A stretch of DNA of 64,000 bases from Octopus vulgaris (taxonomy: Eukaryota), in the NCBI GenBank assembly GCA_951406725.2, contig OX597819.1:18228001-18292000 (forward strand), given 5' to 3'. The notes below the pieces were generated by a model. The model saw only the letters and a list, made by a program, of their open reading frames with translations, was not told where the DNA came from and searched no databases. Both the position numbers and the translations under genes were made by a program. Every line of letters starts with the position of its first letter. Position 1 is the stretch's first letter. This document shows positions 1 through 12,371 of the stretch, one piece after another.

Positions 1-29
1 TAGATGTGAACAAAAATATTAATTCTTTC

Positions 30-200
30 TAAGTTTGGCACAAGTCCATCAATCTTGATGGAAGTGTGTAATCCATTACATCGACCCCAGTGCTTGACTG
101 GTATTTATTTAATCGACCCTGAAAGAATGGAAAGCGAAGTTGACTTCAGCGACCGTAGATCTTAAATGCCACTAAGTACAGTGCCCGATGCAACAACAAA
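30..200 (-). mobile_element. Degenerate Nin-domain-type tRNA SINE
   Basis: atcgaccccagtgcttgactggtatttatttaatcgaccctgaaagaatggaaagcgaagttgac aligns by eye with the intact copy at 44137-44371. Confidence 0.75.
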
Positions 201-249
201 TCTACCAGTTCGTGGTATTATTATTATTATTAGTAGTATTTTAATTACT

Positions 250-800
250 ATGTCAGGTCACTTTCGAGGGCTACTGATAACATGTAACCCAGTACAACCT
301 GTTACATGGTCGGGTCATCGGCGACTAAAGCGGCAGCCCCACCAAGCTTGCTTGGTGTTTATTGGACACCCTGCGGGATGAAAAACAAAACCCGTCACGT
401 CAAAGGGCGGAGGAACTCTTGAGAGTCAACGACCATCCAATAAATGTCTTAAGGCTGTATCATACGTGGGGACATAGAAATAATCGGATTGAATACCCGA
501 TCGCGCGGTTAAACCATTGGGAGTGAAGGACTCTTAGCCTTTGTTAGGGCATCCTTCTAGGAGAAGGTGACCCAGGTAACTGGGATAACTCCGACATAAA
601 ACCTGCGGCTCAGTGGTTACCGATGATGTTGATTTTTTCTTCTTTTCGGATTATGGCTGCTGTTGCTTAGTGAGTGGGATTGACTGCGTGCACAGCCTTT
701 CCTCATTTAAAAACAAATCTTGTTGCACAGGCATTGCACGATAACAACATTGATAAAGCTTCGTGCAATGGCCATACTCGATAACGAGGGGGCAGCCACC
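250..800 (+). mobile_element. Probable 5' non-coding region of an RTE-like LINE
   Basis: GC-richer island with gggcatccttctaggagaagg...aaacct, resembling motifs I recall from RTE 5' UTRs; several hairpins; no coding evidence. Confidence 0.35.
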
Positions 801-814
801 ATTTTAATTATAAA

Positions 815-985
815 GGCGTCGAGCTTATAGAAGCGATAGCAGGCCAGGATAAATAGCTGTATATTGGTCGTCTAAGTTTCTGAGCTCAAATTCTGCCGAG
901 GGTCTGCATTGTCTTCCACCCCTCGCAATCGATAAAATGGCTAGCACTCAAGAACTAGGGTCAACGTAGTCGACTCCCTCTTTTC
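815..985 (+). mobile_element. Degenerate Nin-domain-type SINE
   Basis: ctgagctcaaattctgccgagggtc...atcgataaaatgg matches the family core. Confidence 0.65.
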
Positions 986-1296
986 CCCTCGAAAAATTAT
1001 TAATATAATCGTGCGAATCAACGCATGAAGTTTGGTGGAAGTGATTTGACGATTACATCAATCTCATTTCTTCATTTCTTTAACCGGAAAAATATGCGAG
1101 GCATTTTCTCAGTCTACTAATTCTATGCTTATCTATATGAAACGTGTCACTTTCTGTTGTCTTTTTGTTAATATTGAGATTGGTCGTGGATGAGCCAACG
1201 TTACAGGACAACATAATGGATTCTGTCGATCCCATTTAATACAGTAGAGTCAGAATTGAGTGCAACATATCTGGCAGAAGCTTTGGTACACTCGCC

Positions 1297-1329
<33 letters not shown>

Positions 1330-1882
1330 GATATTTATAATGAAATCCGCATTGCATTATCACATACATACATACAATTGTCACATATTTTTGAAAGAAT
1401 TTAACAAAACTGCGAGGATCCATTTTGTATAGGTTAGCGAGTACATTTACACATAATCGATCATAATAGATATTTAATGATTCTGCAGCGGAGATCAATA
1501 AAAAAGTGAACTGGTTATATAAGAGCTTGGAATTGTTGTTCGTGAGAGAGTGAAACGGGAAATAGTTTAACATGTCTACTGTAAGGAAGGATTATATATC
1601 TATGTGTGTCCATGTGTGTATGTGTGTGTGTATCACATACGGGTAATTACGTACGCAGCGATACAGACACTCTACGTACCGACACACATACATGCAAGCA
1701 ATCACACGCAAAAGACATGTGAGTGTGCATGTGTAAGCGAGCGGATGTATGGTTACATATACACATGTACATGAGATTGTGTGTGTGTGTGTGTGTAGGA
1801 TTTTAGAAATCAAATAGATAATATGTTGAAACATCGTATATCTGTGTGAATGGTAGCGATAAATATTTCATTCAATTTTAAA

Positions 1883-1951
<69 letters not shown>

Positions 1952-2134
1952 TGTGTGTGAGCCTTTATGCTTTCACACACGCGCGTGCGCGCACACATAT
2001 ATTTCTACCATGCCATATTCTAGAAAAAACTTAATTGTAGATCTGTGCAATTGTGAATATTTCATCCCTAATACAAAACTGCTAATACAAGGATACACAC
2101 ATATGCATACGCACACACAACATACACTCCCCCC

Positions 2135-2175
<41 letters not shown>

Positions 2176-2176
<1 letters not shown>

Positions 2177-2965
2177 CCAGGGAACTAAGACAACACCTTT
2201 TATTTTTTGAGCACCTTCAGGAGTATTAGATCGATTCTGAGCAGTACTCTTTTCTGCAAGTGTTCCACTCTTATTACAGCCCCTATCTGTTCCACGTTCT
2301 TCTCGTGATTGTTGCTCCCTGTTCATAGGGCTTCGTCAATTATTGGTAATACTGCTACCTTTTTCATCGACCACCACTGCTTAACTTCCCAAGCTAACCT
2401 GTCATATCTCTCAACTTTTCTTTCTTCCTTATCGCATACGTTGTTGTCAGCTGGGCATGCTATGTCTATAATCCAGCATAGTTTGTTTTCTTTCTCAATT
2501 AAGACTATGTCTGGCTTCCTATTCTCTATCTCATGGTCACACTGAATCATAAAATCCCATAGGATCTTTCCATTTCTATTTTCGACGATACCTTCAGGTT
2601 TGTGGTCGTACCAATTTATTACTCTGTCAAATCCATATTTATTGCAAAGTGTCCAATGGACAAGCCGGGTTATATTGTCCAGGCGTCTCTTATATTTCTT
2701 CTGGGCTAGGGGCGTACATTTTGCTGGTAATATGTCATACAGTTTCACCACTTTGTCCACAGAATCTGCACTTATCACATTCTGCTGTGTTGTCTATTCT
2801 ATAATTTATTTAGCTTGTTCTTAGTGCTTGCTCTTAGGCAACACAGATTAGAGCCTCCGTTTGTGGTTTTAAATCACTTTAAGTTGTTCACAGTCATCTG
2901 TTTTCTCTGTCTGTCTTATCTTCAACATGCCTATGAAATTGACCATGCATTATTTTCTTTACCCA
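2176..2965 (-). mobile_element. Dong/R4-clade non-LTR retrotransposon, 3' remnant with restriction-like endonuclease domain (disrupted)
   Basis: MHGQF...SDLKPQTEALIC, then ORF 2323-2778 with HWTLC..WYDHKPE..ILWDF..RKPDIV..IIDIACP..K.ERY; stops and frameshifts present. Confidence 0.9.
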
Positions 2966-3020
2966 CCCATTTTCAGTGCTTGTATAGTGTTTAGGATGTG
3001 TGTTAATCTCTTGATTAATA

Positions 3021-3325
3021 TTTTATTTATGCCTCTTTTCAAGACTAGCCAAGCTCATGGGCCCGGTTTCCCGGTTTCTGTGGCGTATGTGTTGCCCTCA
3101 GCTAGACGGGACGCCAATCATTCGCAGCGATACTCAAGAAACGGATGAGAGAGTGAGAGAAAGTTCAGCCGAAAGAGTACAACAGGGGTCGCCACCACAC
3201 CTTGCCAGAGTCTCGTGGACCTTCAGGTGTTTTCGCTAAATAAACACACACACGTCTGGAAAACGAAACCGCAATCCTCCGACCGCGAGTCCGCTACCCT
3301 AAACACTGGGCCATTGCGCCTCCAC
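3021..3325 (-). mobile_element. tRNA-Arg-like-headed (OR-type) SINE with alternative 3' tail
   Basis: Head ggaggcgcaatggcccagtg..agggtagcggactcgcgg is shared with 56928 and 60633; tail differs (gccacagaaaccgggaaaccgggcccatgagc). Confidence 0.85.
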
Positions 3326-4230
3326 TATTGAGTAATAGAAGCAGAATTAATGTTAAGACACGTAAGTTTTTCTTTATAGCCTGCTTTAAGTAAAGCAGAG
3401 TTAAGAAGATTCAGCTTTATCATTAAATATATCAACATTAGCAGATACTCATGAAAGTCTAAGTAGATATTTTTAGCTAAGTTTCTTGTTATAGTCCTCG
3501 GGTGATTACTAAATACGCTCTTATATTTTATATTATGGCATGGGAAATATGAATCATTGTATAAGTTAAGGCTAATATCTAAAATGTTGGTTTTAGTTAT
3601 ATCTTCATCGAAAATAATGTTTAAGCTCATGTTTCCCCAAAATTTAACTAATCTATTTTTAACCCTTTGTAATTTTTGGTTGGAAATATTTTGAAAGTAA
3701 TGTAAACAATCATCACAATATAAACTTCCTTTGATGGTTGGGAATTGGTCAATCATCTCAGAAAGATATAGATACCGACGAAATCAGAAATTTGTGCGGA
3801 GTCTGAACTTCCCATCGTAATGTCAAAACAATCAGGCCTATCTTTACGAACCCAGAACATATTTTCTAATTCAATGATTGATTTTCTGGCAGCCAAAACC
3901 ACATTAATTTTATCCCGTGTGTGACCGGCTTTGTTTGTGCGCAAACCAGAATGTTTTGTTAAAAACAATTGGATTAATAGAAGAATAATAAGTAGAAATG
4001 TCGAACTGAGTAAACTTAGTTGAGATCTTGTTATTAAAAGAATTAAACTATTCACCCACTTGGAACGAATTCGACCATAAATTAAGTTTTAATTTTTTAA
4101 GTAAAGAATGAGTATATTTATCAAGAATATTTTTGCGAGCTAGAAGGACAAATAAGTCGCAAAGTTGGGTTATTAAAAAATTGGTTTGTGTTCTTTTAAA
4201 ATAAAACTAGGTTGTTTAGGACGAAATGAA
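3326..4230 (-). mobile_element. Penelope-like element reverse transcriptase remnant
   Basis: ORFs 3753-4055 and 3325-3756 give FDITMGSSDSAQISDFVGIY, SLYCDDCL, NILDISLNL and SNHP, matching PLE RT motifs (FDVTMGSxDGAE, LYRDDGL, FLDV, SNHP); frameshifted. Confidence 0.85.
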
Positions 4231-4352
4231 TGCCTTGTTTTACATCACTTTTCCCTCCGGAATAATGTCAATGTCTCTCTCGGAACATATGATGGAAGTG
4301 TAAATGGTTTGAATAACACCTGCGTTTGACTCCATTTCCTAATTTACCCATG

Positions 4353-4390
<38 letters not shown>

Positions 4391-4451
4391 ATATATATAT
4401 AAAACCTTCGAACAGAGACGATCAGTGGCGACACCTGCTGGGTCTGACTAC

Positions 4452-4494
4452 GCTACATTGACAAAGGGCAAATACCCTGAAACGCGTCTGTAGC
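4452..4494 (+). ncRNA. Type I hammerhead ribozyme, U3-A8 core variant
   Basis: gctaca-TTGACAA-aggg(caaata)ccct-GAAA-cgcg-TC-tgtagc: 6-bp stem I, 4-bp stem II, palindromic stem III, GUC triplet. Confidence 0.8.
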
Positions 4495-4762
4495 TGTCTG
4501 ACTGGCAGTGTGAAGCAGCTGACCTCCCTTGTTCGAAGGTTATAATGGACACAGTTTGTGTGTCAAATAGCTATCTTAAAGCGATGGCCTAATGGAGCTA
4601 ATCAGCGACAGATTTTAGTCTTATATCTATAAGACTGCCATATTAATATGGCGATAACAATTAATTTCCAGTAACGCTGCCGTAATCTCTTTTAGAGAGA
4701 CTTAGTAATTTTAATATTTCTATTATATATATATATATATGTCTGTGTGTGTAGGTATGTAT

Positions 4763-4811
<49 letters not shown>

Positions 4812-5587
4812 TATATACATATATACACACACATACATTATATATATATATATATATATATTACTGACATTTATATATTTACGTTTGTGTGTGTCTCTGT
4901 TTGCTACTGTGTGTGTGTGTTTCCAAACATCACTAAACCAAAATTGTTAATTGGAATGCACGCAACACGCGCGCATACCGACACACACTCTCATACATTA
5001 ACTTGCTTGAATAATAATAGACATAGGCTATCTACGACACATAGCCACACGCTAGAACACAAACCCACACCCGTAGAGAGATTCGCTCTTAACGCTTAAG
5101 GCCCCCAAGCTTTATTGCACGTGACTTAATCGAGAGTGACATAGAGATTGTGAATAAGTGAGAGATGGGAAGAAGAGAAAAGAAAGGCCATAAAGAAAGG
5201 GGAAGAGAGAGGGAGCGAGAGAGACAGAGTTAGGGATGGGCAGAGGAGAGAGGAAGTCAGTCGTTTTGGGGGAGATGCAAAGAAAGTAAGATATAGTAAG
5301 TGAGAAGAAGTGGTATAGGAAGGGGGGAGAAGTGAATAAGAGAGAAAAGAAATTCCAGGAAATGCATTACGAAGGTTTCAGTAGAAAATATTCAGTGCGT
5401 AGGTGGAGAGTGACGCCCCTTTGCTTGGCAAACATGGTACGTCCGGATTTTTGAGCTACACTCGTCGATGCAGCAACCGAAATATTTGTCTTGGTGTTGA
5501 GATATAATTCTGAAGCAAGGCATTCATTTAGAGTCATTAGTTTCTCGGCGGGACGCAGCCTGTATCTCGGCCAGAATTTATATTATA

Positions 5588-5981
5588 CTAGCGGTATCGC
5601 CCGGCGTTGCTCGGGTTTGTAAGGGAAATAACTATACAGCATTTTTAGAAAGTTATAGCCAAAAATTAGCAAAAAATTGCATTAAAAATGGAAAAAATAT
5701 GATGGTCAATTTTTTAAAAAATCGTTGACTCATCGTAGACATTTTTAGAGAGTTACTTCCCTTTAAAAAATTATGCTTGAAAATGGAAAAAAATGATGGT
5801 AAATTATTTTTAAAATCCTAGACTCATCGTAGACGCGCGCTAATACCCAGAAGGGCTCGATAAGAATCACGACTATAAGATACCCGTTTTTGGTTAAACT
5901 GCACCGCAAAATGTGGGAGTAGTTAGGAATCTAAATCGAAGGGGACAGACACTCACACAACTACAGTTTTATATATAAAGA
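5588..5981 (-). mobile_element. Non-autonomous Helitron
   Basis: Minus strand starts TC(tttatatataaaa), ends with hairpin cccgagcaacgccggg then CTAG, and sits between A and T with no TSD. Confidence 0.85.
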
Positions 5982-6470
5982 TTTGATAGTTTCTTCTCGT
6001 TGCTCTTCTATTTCATATCGTATACTGCATTTCAGACATTCAATAGACAGATTTCACATGCAAGTTTTATCGTATTGCGCATCTTGATGTCGCATATGGA
6101 AGCAGGCTGAATAATAAAATCACATTTTCTGGCGCAAAGATGATGTGGCGATCGCTTTCCTGAATCATTAACGCATAATATGCAGATGGTTTAATTCAAT
6201 GAAGTAACTCTATATCATAACAAATGTATATAGATATAGATATCTTGCCCGCCTATGTTCTGGTGTTCGGTGAATTTTCTCTGCAGAACATTCTTTCTTT
6301 GTTGTTAGATCGTATGTGATCTTCTAGCATATTGATTACCCACTTAGTAGCTTATCCCTAAATATACACATGTATTGAATTTTTTCTAATTTTTCAGATT
6401 TTTTATATGCTAGGCTACTGGTTTTAAATTGATATTAATTAAATTAATATTCAATTCATCTCCCTCATTG

Positions 6471-6527
<57 letters not shown>

Positions 6528-6611
6528 GGCATAATATCTTAGATCAATGCCACACCTTACATACATGAATATAAACTCACATACATACAAATACAAGATG
6601 ATGCAAAATAA

Positions 6612-7012
6612 GGCGCAGGAGTGGATGTGTGGTAAGTAGCTCGTTTACCAACCACACGGTTCCGGGTCGAGTCCCACTGCGTGGCACCTTGGGCAGGTGT
6701 CTTCTATAGCCTCGGGCCGACCAAAGCCTTGTGGGTGGATTTGATAGACGGAAACTGAAAGAAGCCCGTCGTATATGTATATATATATATAAGTGTGTGT
6801 ATGTGTGTCCGTGTTTGTCCCCCTAGCATTGCTTGACAACCGATGCTGGTGTGTTGATGTCCCCGTTACCTAGCGTTTCGGCAAAAGAGACCGATAGAAT
6901 AAGTACTGGGCTTGCAAAAGAATAAGTCCCGGGGTCGAGTTACTCGATTAAAGGCGGTGCTCCAGCATGGCCGCAGTCAACTGACTGAAACAAGTAAAAG
7001 AGTAAAGAGAGT
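6612..7012 (+). mobile_element. tRNA-derived SINE with CORE-like box and internal microsatellite (OK-like family)
   Basis: A/B-box-like head, ggcaccttgggcaggtgtc box, internal (TA)/(TG), tail gtaaaagagtaaagagag; near-identical copy at 58018. Confidence 0.9.
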
Positions 7013-7334
7013 AAGAAACCTTAGGAAAGCAAACCCTTGGCGTGCATCAAGTCAAACCACCATGGTTACACTTGCCTAAATTTACTAACAAACAACGAGA
7101 GGTCGATGAAATTCTGTCCCATACTCCATGAGCGTGTACGTGTGTATGTGTGTGCGTTTGTGTGTGTGAGCGTGCTGTGTGCGTTTGAGTGTGTGTGTGT
7201 GTGTGTATGTGTGTGTGTGTGTGTGTCTACGATGCACTTTCTATGTTTAGTTTCCTGGAGGAGCATCTGGAACGAGAGACATAGGGGTTCCTTAAAAAAT
7301 CAAAAGAATACAATCACTTATTGATTCTTTCTTG

Positions 7335-7552
7335 TCATATATTCTCTCCGACAGTGTTTTGTTTCCACCGGGATGACCAGCATTTGGATGCATAAGCAAA
7401 CATTGATGAATATTTTGTGGGACATTGATGATTTTACGGTATTCTTGCTTCCATGGACAGCTCATACTGAGATGAAATCTTGCAACCGGATGTGAATCGA
7501 CTCTGCCCTGTCATCCATGTTTCCAAACTTGACGCTCGTCTTTCGTCACTAC
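7335..7552 (-). mobile_element. Gypsy-like LTR retrotransposon pol remnant (integrase Zn-binding region)
   Basis: Minus-strand translation ..SQYELSM.. then KIINVPQNIHQCLLMHPNAGHPGGNKTL (H...GHPG..KT motif). Confidence 0.55.
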
Positions 7553-7810
7553 GAGATCAGGGCAATTATCTATATGTTACGTTACACCATAAGTACACTG
7601 ACCGCTTCCATTTTGAGCTTATAACTATTTGTGTACGCACTTCAAACGCATTTTGTATGCATGACTGTATGTATCATTCAACGAGTATCAAAATCTGTGT
7701 GTGTATATGTGTATGTATATGCACGTACATACGAGTAAATGCGTGTTTACATAAAGAAAGAATTAGAAAGACGCATGTATATATGTATATACAAACATAC
7801 ATAAATACAT

Positions 7811-7843
<33 letters not shown>

Positions 7844-8230
7844 CAGCAATGCATATATATACACACATATATATGAGTAAATTTTTACGTGCATACAATT
7901 ATACATATAGATACGTATGCATAGATATATTCAGGCTTACGTTACGTGAGTAGACGCTTGCATGCAACATACTTTTGTACAAGCAGAGATCCATATAGGT
8001 AAATCTATATATGTACATGTAATTATGGAATGACAGGTAGAGCTCTGGTATAGAGGAAATCTAACGGTCGGGTTAATTCACGCTTCTATTTGTGAAAATA
8101 TCAATCTGGAAGAATTCAGACAGAACGGAAGTGCTTGCCATTCCTACATTATCTCGTGTTTACTGCCGTGCTATAGTTATGGTGAGCATTTTCGTATTTC
8201 ACATTTACTCGCACACACACACACACACAC

Positions 8231-8335
<105 letters not shown>

Positions 8336-8624
8336 CTCACACGCAAACCAACAAATTCAGTTTCAAAGCTCTAGGTGTAGCCAATCATATTGGAATTCAA
8401 GCAGAAAGATAAACCTGATCTACAGATACGCACATATACTTGTGCACGTATAGACGTGTGATTAAATCGTTTGTTTTGTAACTAGAAGGTTCGGATTTCA
8501 ACCTCAGTGCGTGGCATTTTGTTTAGATATCTTTTATCGTTGCAACGAGTTAAACATTTTTCACGAGGGAAACTTGTTGGACATGAACTGCGACAGAGTC
8601 ATCGGTTTGGTGGCATGTTTTGTT

Positions 8625-8830
8625 ACTCCCATGGACAGCTCATACTGAGATAGAATTTTGCAATCCGATATGAATCCGTTCTGTCTTGTCATCTGTTTTT
8701 CCATTCTTGAAGCTCGTATTTCGTAACTGTTGCCACGTAGTTTTACATCATTTGTCTTCTTTTAGCAATCGGTCACTGATTTGTTCCAAACATATCTCCC
8801 ATCCATTGATAATATTTGGTTATTACATTC
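8625..8830 (-). mobile_element. Second diverged copy of the Gypsy-like pol fragment
   Basis: About 100 bp aligns without gaps to 7451-7550 (ccatggacagctcatactgagat identical). Confidence 0.5.
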
Positions 8831-10409
8831 TGCCTTCCCCTCCCGTCACTAGCCTAAGCGGTAATGCTTAATTTTGAAGGGTGCTAAATTCATCATTTCT
8901 GACTACCATCTTGTTGAAATATGAAAGAAGCTAAAAAAGTAGATTCCTTTTTCGCAGATGATATCAAAATAAAGAAATTCAGTATTTATATATCATATGT
9001 TTGATTGGTACTATAACATGTTAACATTATCTATGACATCGAAAGAGTCATACTGACGGAATGTTAGAATGCAAGAAATATTTCTTTGCACTGCTTTTTC
9101 CGGCCCTCGACTCTTTACGTTATGAGCTCAAATTAAACAAGGTCTATTTTTAGCTTTCATCTCAAGTGTTCATAAGTTTCGTACCAGCAACCAAAATATC
9201 ACACAAGCAGACATTAAGAGCGTTAAATATAACAGAGAGTAGAGCTGATGACACTGACATGAAATGAGTTACATTGGGCATCGTTTAAACATTTTGGTCT
9301 TGCATCTGCTTTGAGGTTATGTCAGACGTGAGATTCACATACATTCAGAGATCGAAGTCCGGACTATATCGCTGCTTGACACTCCTTCACTTAGAACACT
9401 GCGACATGCATGCTCAGGCGCAAACACTCTCATACTTGCCATAAAAATACAAACACAGTACAATGTGTACTTTACACGGATCTAGGAATTCATTGGGTAA
9501 ACAGGAATAATTAATGTGTTCGGTGTTGTTTCTGGAGCCTTTTAGTTTTGCAAGTTCAAACTATTTGCAGACATCACACTGAGAATGTCGATTCGAGGCG
9601 CAGTGAGCGATGTATTATTGGCCATATATACAGGGTAGAACTGTTCATTAATCAGCGGGTCTCTTTGCAGACTGAAGGTAGTTTCTTGTTTACTAAACGT
9701 AGGCACGTAAATTTATTTACAATTCACAACCAATTAACACAGTCTCATTACTTCAGATAATTAATTGGCATAACTCACGAATGTAACGATATGCAAATGA
9801 GTGACTATTAGACATCGCTTTTATCGTAAGAAATCACATTTAATGTCTTTCACTATTCCACTGCATTGAACCCCTTGTGAAAGTAATCTTCAAGATCCTA
9901 TACAAAAACAAAGGTAATAATCAAGCGGATTTCACATTTATATATCCAGGCTATATTCAGACTAAATGAAGAGACCACATTCCAGGGATTAAACTCACCA
10001 GAAATTGTTAATTAACCTGAATCAAATTTAACACTGAATCAACAATAATTTACCTCTGCAGTTTTTTCTGAAAACTTTGGTTCCAAACTCCGGAATCATG
10101 ACTGTATGCTACAGGCACCTGTAGGTACAAACCCGTAGGTACAAAGACCAGAACATTATGATAACATGAAAGAACAGGCAACCATTATAAATGTCCCACC
10201 ACCACCACCATTACCTCAAATACACAGAAACAACAAATGGTTGAGTCTGATTCCTATTTCATTCTGCAAAACGAGAAGAAAGGAGTGAATTAATTTCAGG
10301 GAACATTCCAATTCAGATTCTGTTACGGATTATGCGCATACACTGTATTTGAATATTTTAGTCATGAAATATAATGCACGCAGGAAGGACTATAATGATA
10401 ATAATAATA

Positions 10410-10598
10410 ATAATGTAAAGTATAGAAGCCATCTGATCATGGCTAACCACATTGGGGAGGGGGTGTTACTGTAGCTTTATAGCCCCAAGAGATCGTCGTC
10501 TCTAGCTGGCTTTAGATTCTTGGGGCTATAAAGCTACAGTAACACCGCCTCCCCAATGTGGTTAGCCATGATAAGATGGCTTCTATACTTTACATTAT
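10410..10598. repeat. Inverted repeat, 81-bp arms with 27-nt spacer
   Basis: 10410-10490 is the reverse complement of 10518-10598 with 2 mismatches. Confidence 0.95.
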
Positions 10599-10641
10599 CG
10601 AGCGATTACTGTTTCAATCTCATTCTGATATTTAATTATGC

Positions 10642-10668
10642 TGAATAATAATAATGTTAATGATAATG

Positions 10669-10748
<80 letters not shown>

Positions 10749-10853
10749 TATAATACTACTACTAATAATAATAATGTTACTACTATTACTATTACTACTA
10801 CTACTACTACTACTAATAATAATAATAATAATGTTAATAATAATAATAATAAT

Positions 10854-10891
<38 letters not shown>

Positions 10892-10975
10892 TAATAATAA
10901 TAATAATGGTAATAATAATTATAATAATAATAATGATAACAACAACAACAATAACAATAACAATAATAACAACAC
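10642..10975. repeat. Compound (AAT)/(ACT)/(AAC) microsatellite
   Basis: Direct inspection. Confidence 0.95.
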
Positions 10976-12009
10976 CTACATATGTGTAATGTATTGAGTT
11001 CTACATTGAAATTTAGCAATTTTGTTTTACATTAGTAAAAAAATATAGTATATGTATAAACCGAACATCTGTAAGCATGTGTGTGTATCTGTATATGTAT
11101 GTGTGCGTGTGGTGTGTGCGTGTGTGTCTATGTGTGTGTAAGTGTGTGCGTGTGCGTGCGTGTGTCCATGCATATGTATATAGTGACGTAGAAAGTAGAG
11201 AGAAGGAAGTGAGGGATAGAGGTAGTTGGCCCAACGCATATAATTTCAATTTCCCCTGATTTACTTTTCTTCGCATTCTGGAAATATATCAGCGCTGTTC
11301 GTTTCTGATGTGACAACTTGAATGGAAAAAAGAAGAGGCAGTCAATTTGCTAAATGAAAAGCCCACAAAGCAATTTTCTTGAGAAGGTTAATAATGGAAT
11401 TAAAGAAAAAAAGGATGTTATTAGAGAAGTCAAAGTGACAAAGATCAAGTCAAGAGATGGCATAAACTAGACGACATTAGCTTAATGCATCCTGAAGGAT
11501 CCGCAATGTTCCCTACACGTTTTATTTTATATATCATTGCTCCGTTGCTGAGTGTTTCCGATATCCGATTTTACATTTACAGTATTGTCTTATATGGTAA
11601 GAGTAGTGGAATGGAAACGTGAATACATGGGTGTAGGATGTGGTTCTCTGGGTACTAAGGGAGAATTGTCTGTTAAGAGGATGTAGTGTAATGGCAAGAT
11701 CTAATAAAATGATTACACAGGTGTGTGTAAACTTATATATGCAGGTATTAACACGCACACCTATATGCGTGGGTGTGAGGAATGGAAACAGTGAAGAAAA
11801 GCAAAGCCAAATTCGTGAGTTCGTGCAACAAGATCCAGCGCAAGGGACATACGTTGACAGCGGGGAAGAAAAGCTTACGTTGAGAACCGAGCCAAAGCTC
11901 GTAGATGTAAGAGATGGAGAAAGCTGATGGCGTACGTGCGTGTGTTTATCGACTCCATTCGAACATTCTGGTACCGTGCATCACTTCTTAGCGTAATATG
12001 AAATGTATG

Positions 12010-12087
<78 letters not shown>

Positions 12088-12371
12088 CATGCATACATAT
12101 ATCTATATATATCTCTCTAAATATATATGTGCGTGTGCGCGTGCATATGTGTATGCATGCATACACACACATATATATATATATATGTATGTACTTGCGT
12201 GTGTGTGTGTTTGTGTGTTTGCGTGTGTGCGTAGGTGCATGTATATTTTTTGTAAAAAAATGAACAGAAATGGCTTTTCTGATGATTGTCCACTTTAATC
12301 ATTAGATGTTTATAACTTATAGACATCTAATCATTAAAGTGGGAAAATTATCAGAAAAGCCATTTCTATCC

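Noticed and set aside
9880-10250. Coding-like stretch, perhaps a Gypsy C-terminus
   Set aside because: Multiple stops and no diagnostic motif
12278-12300. CTGATGA within the palindrome
   Set aside because: No GAAA or stem III in either arm
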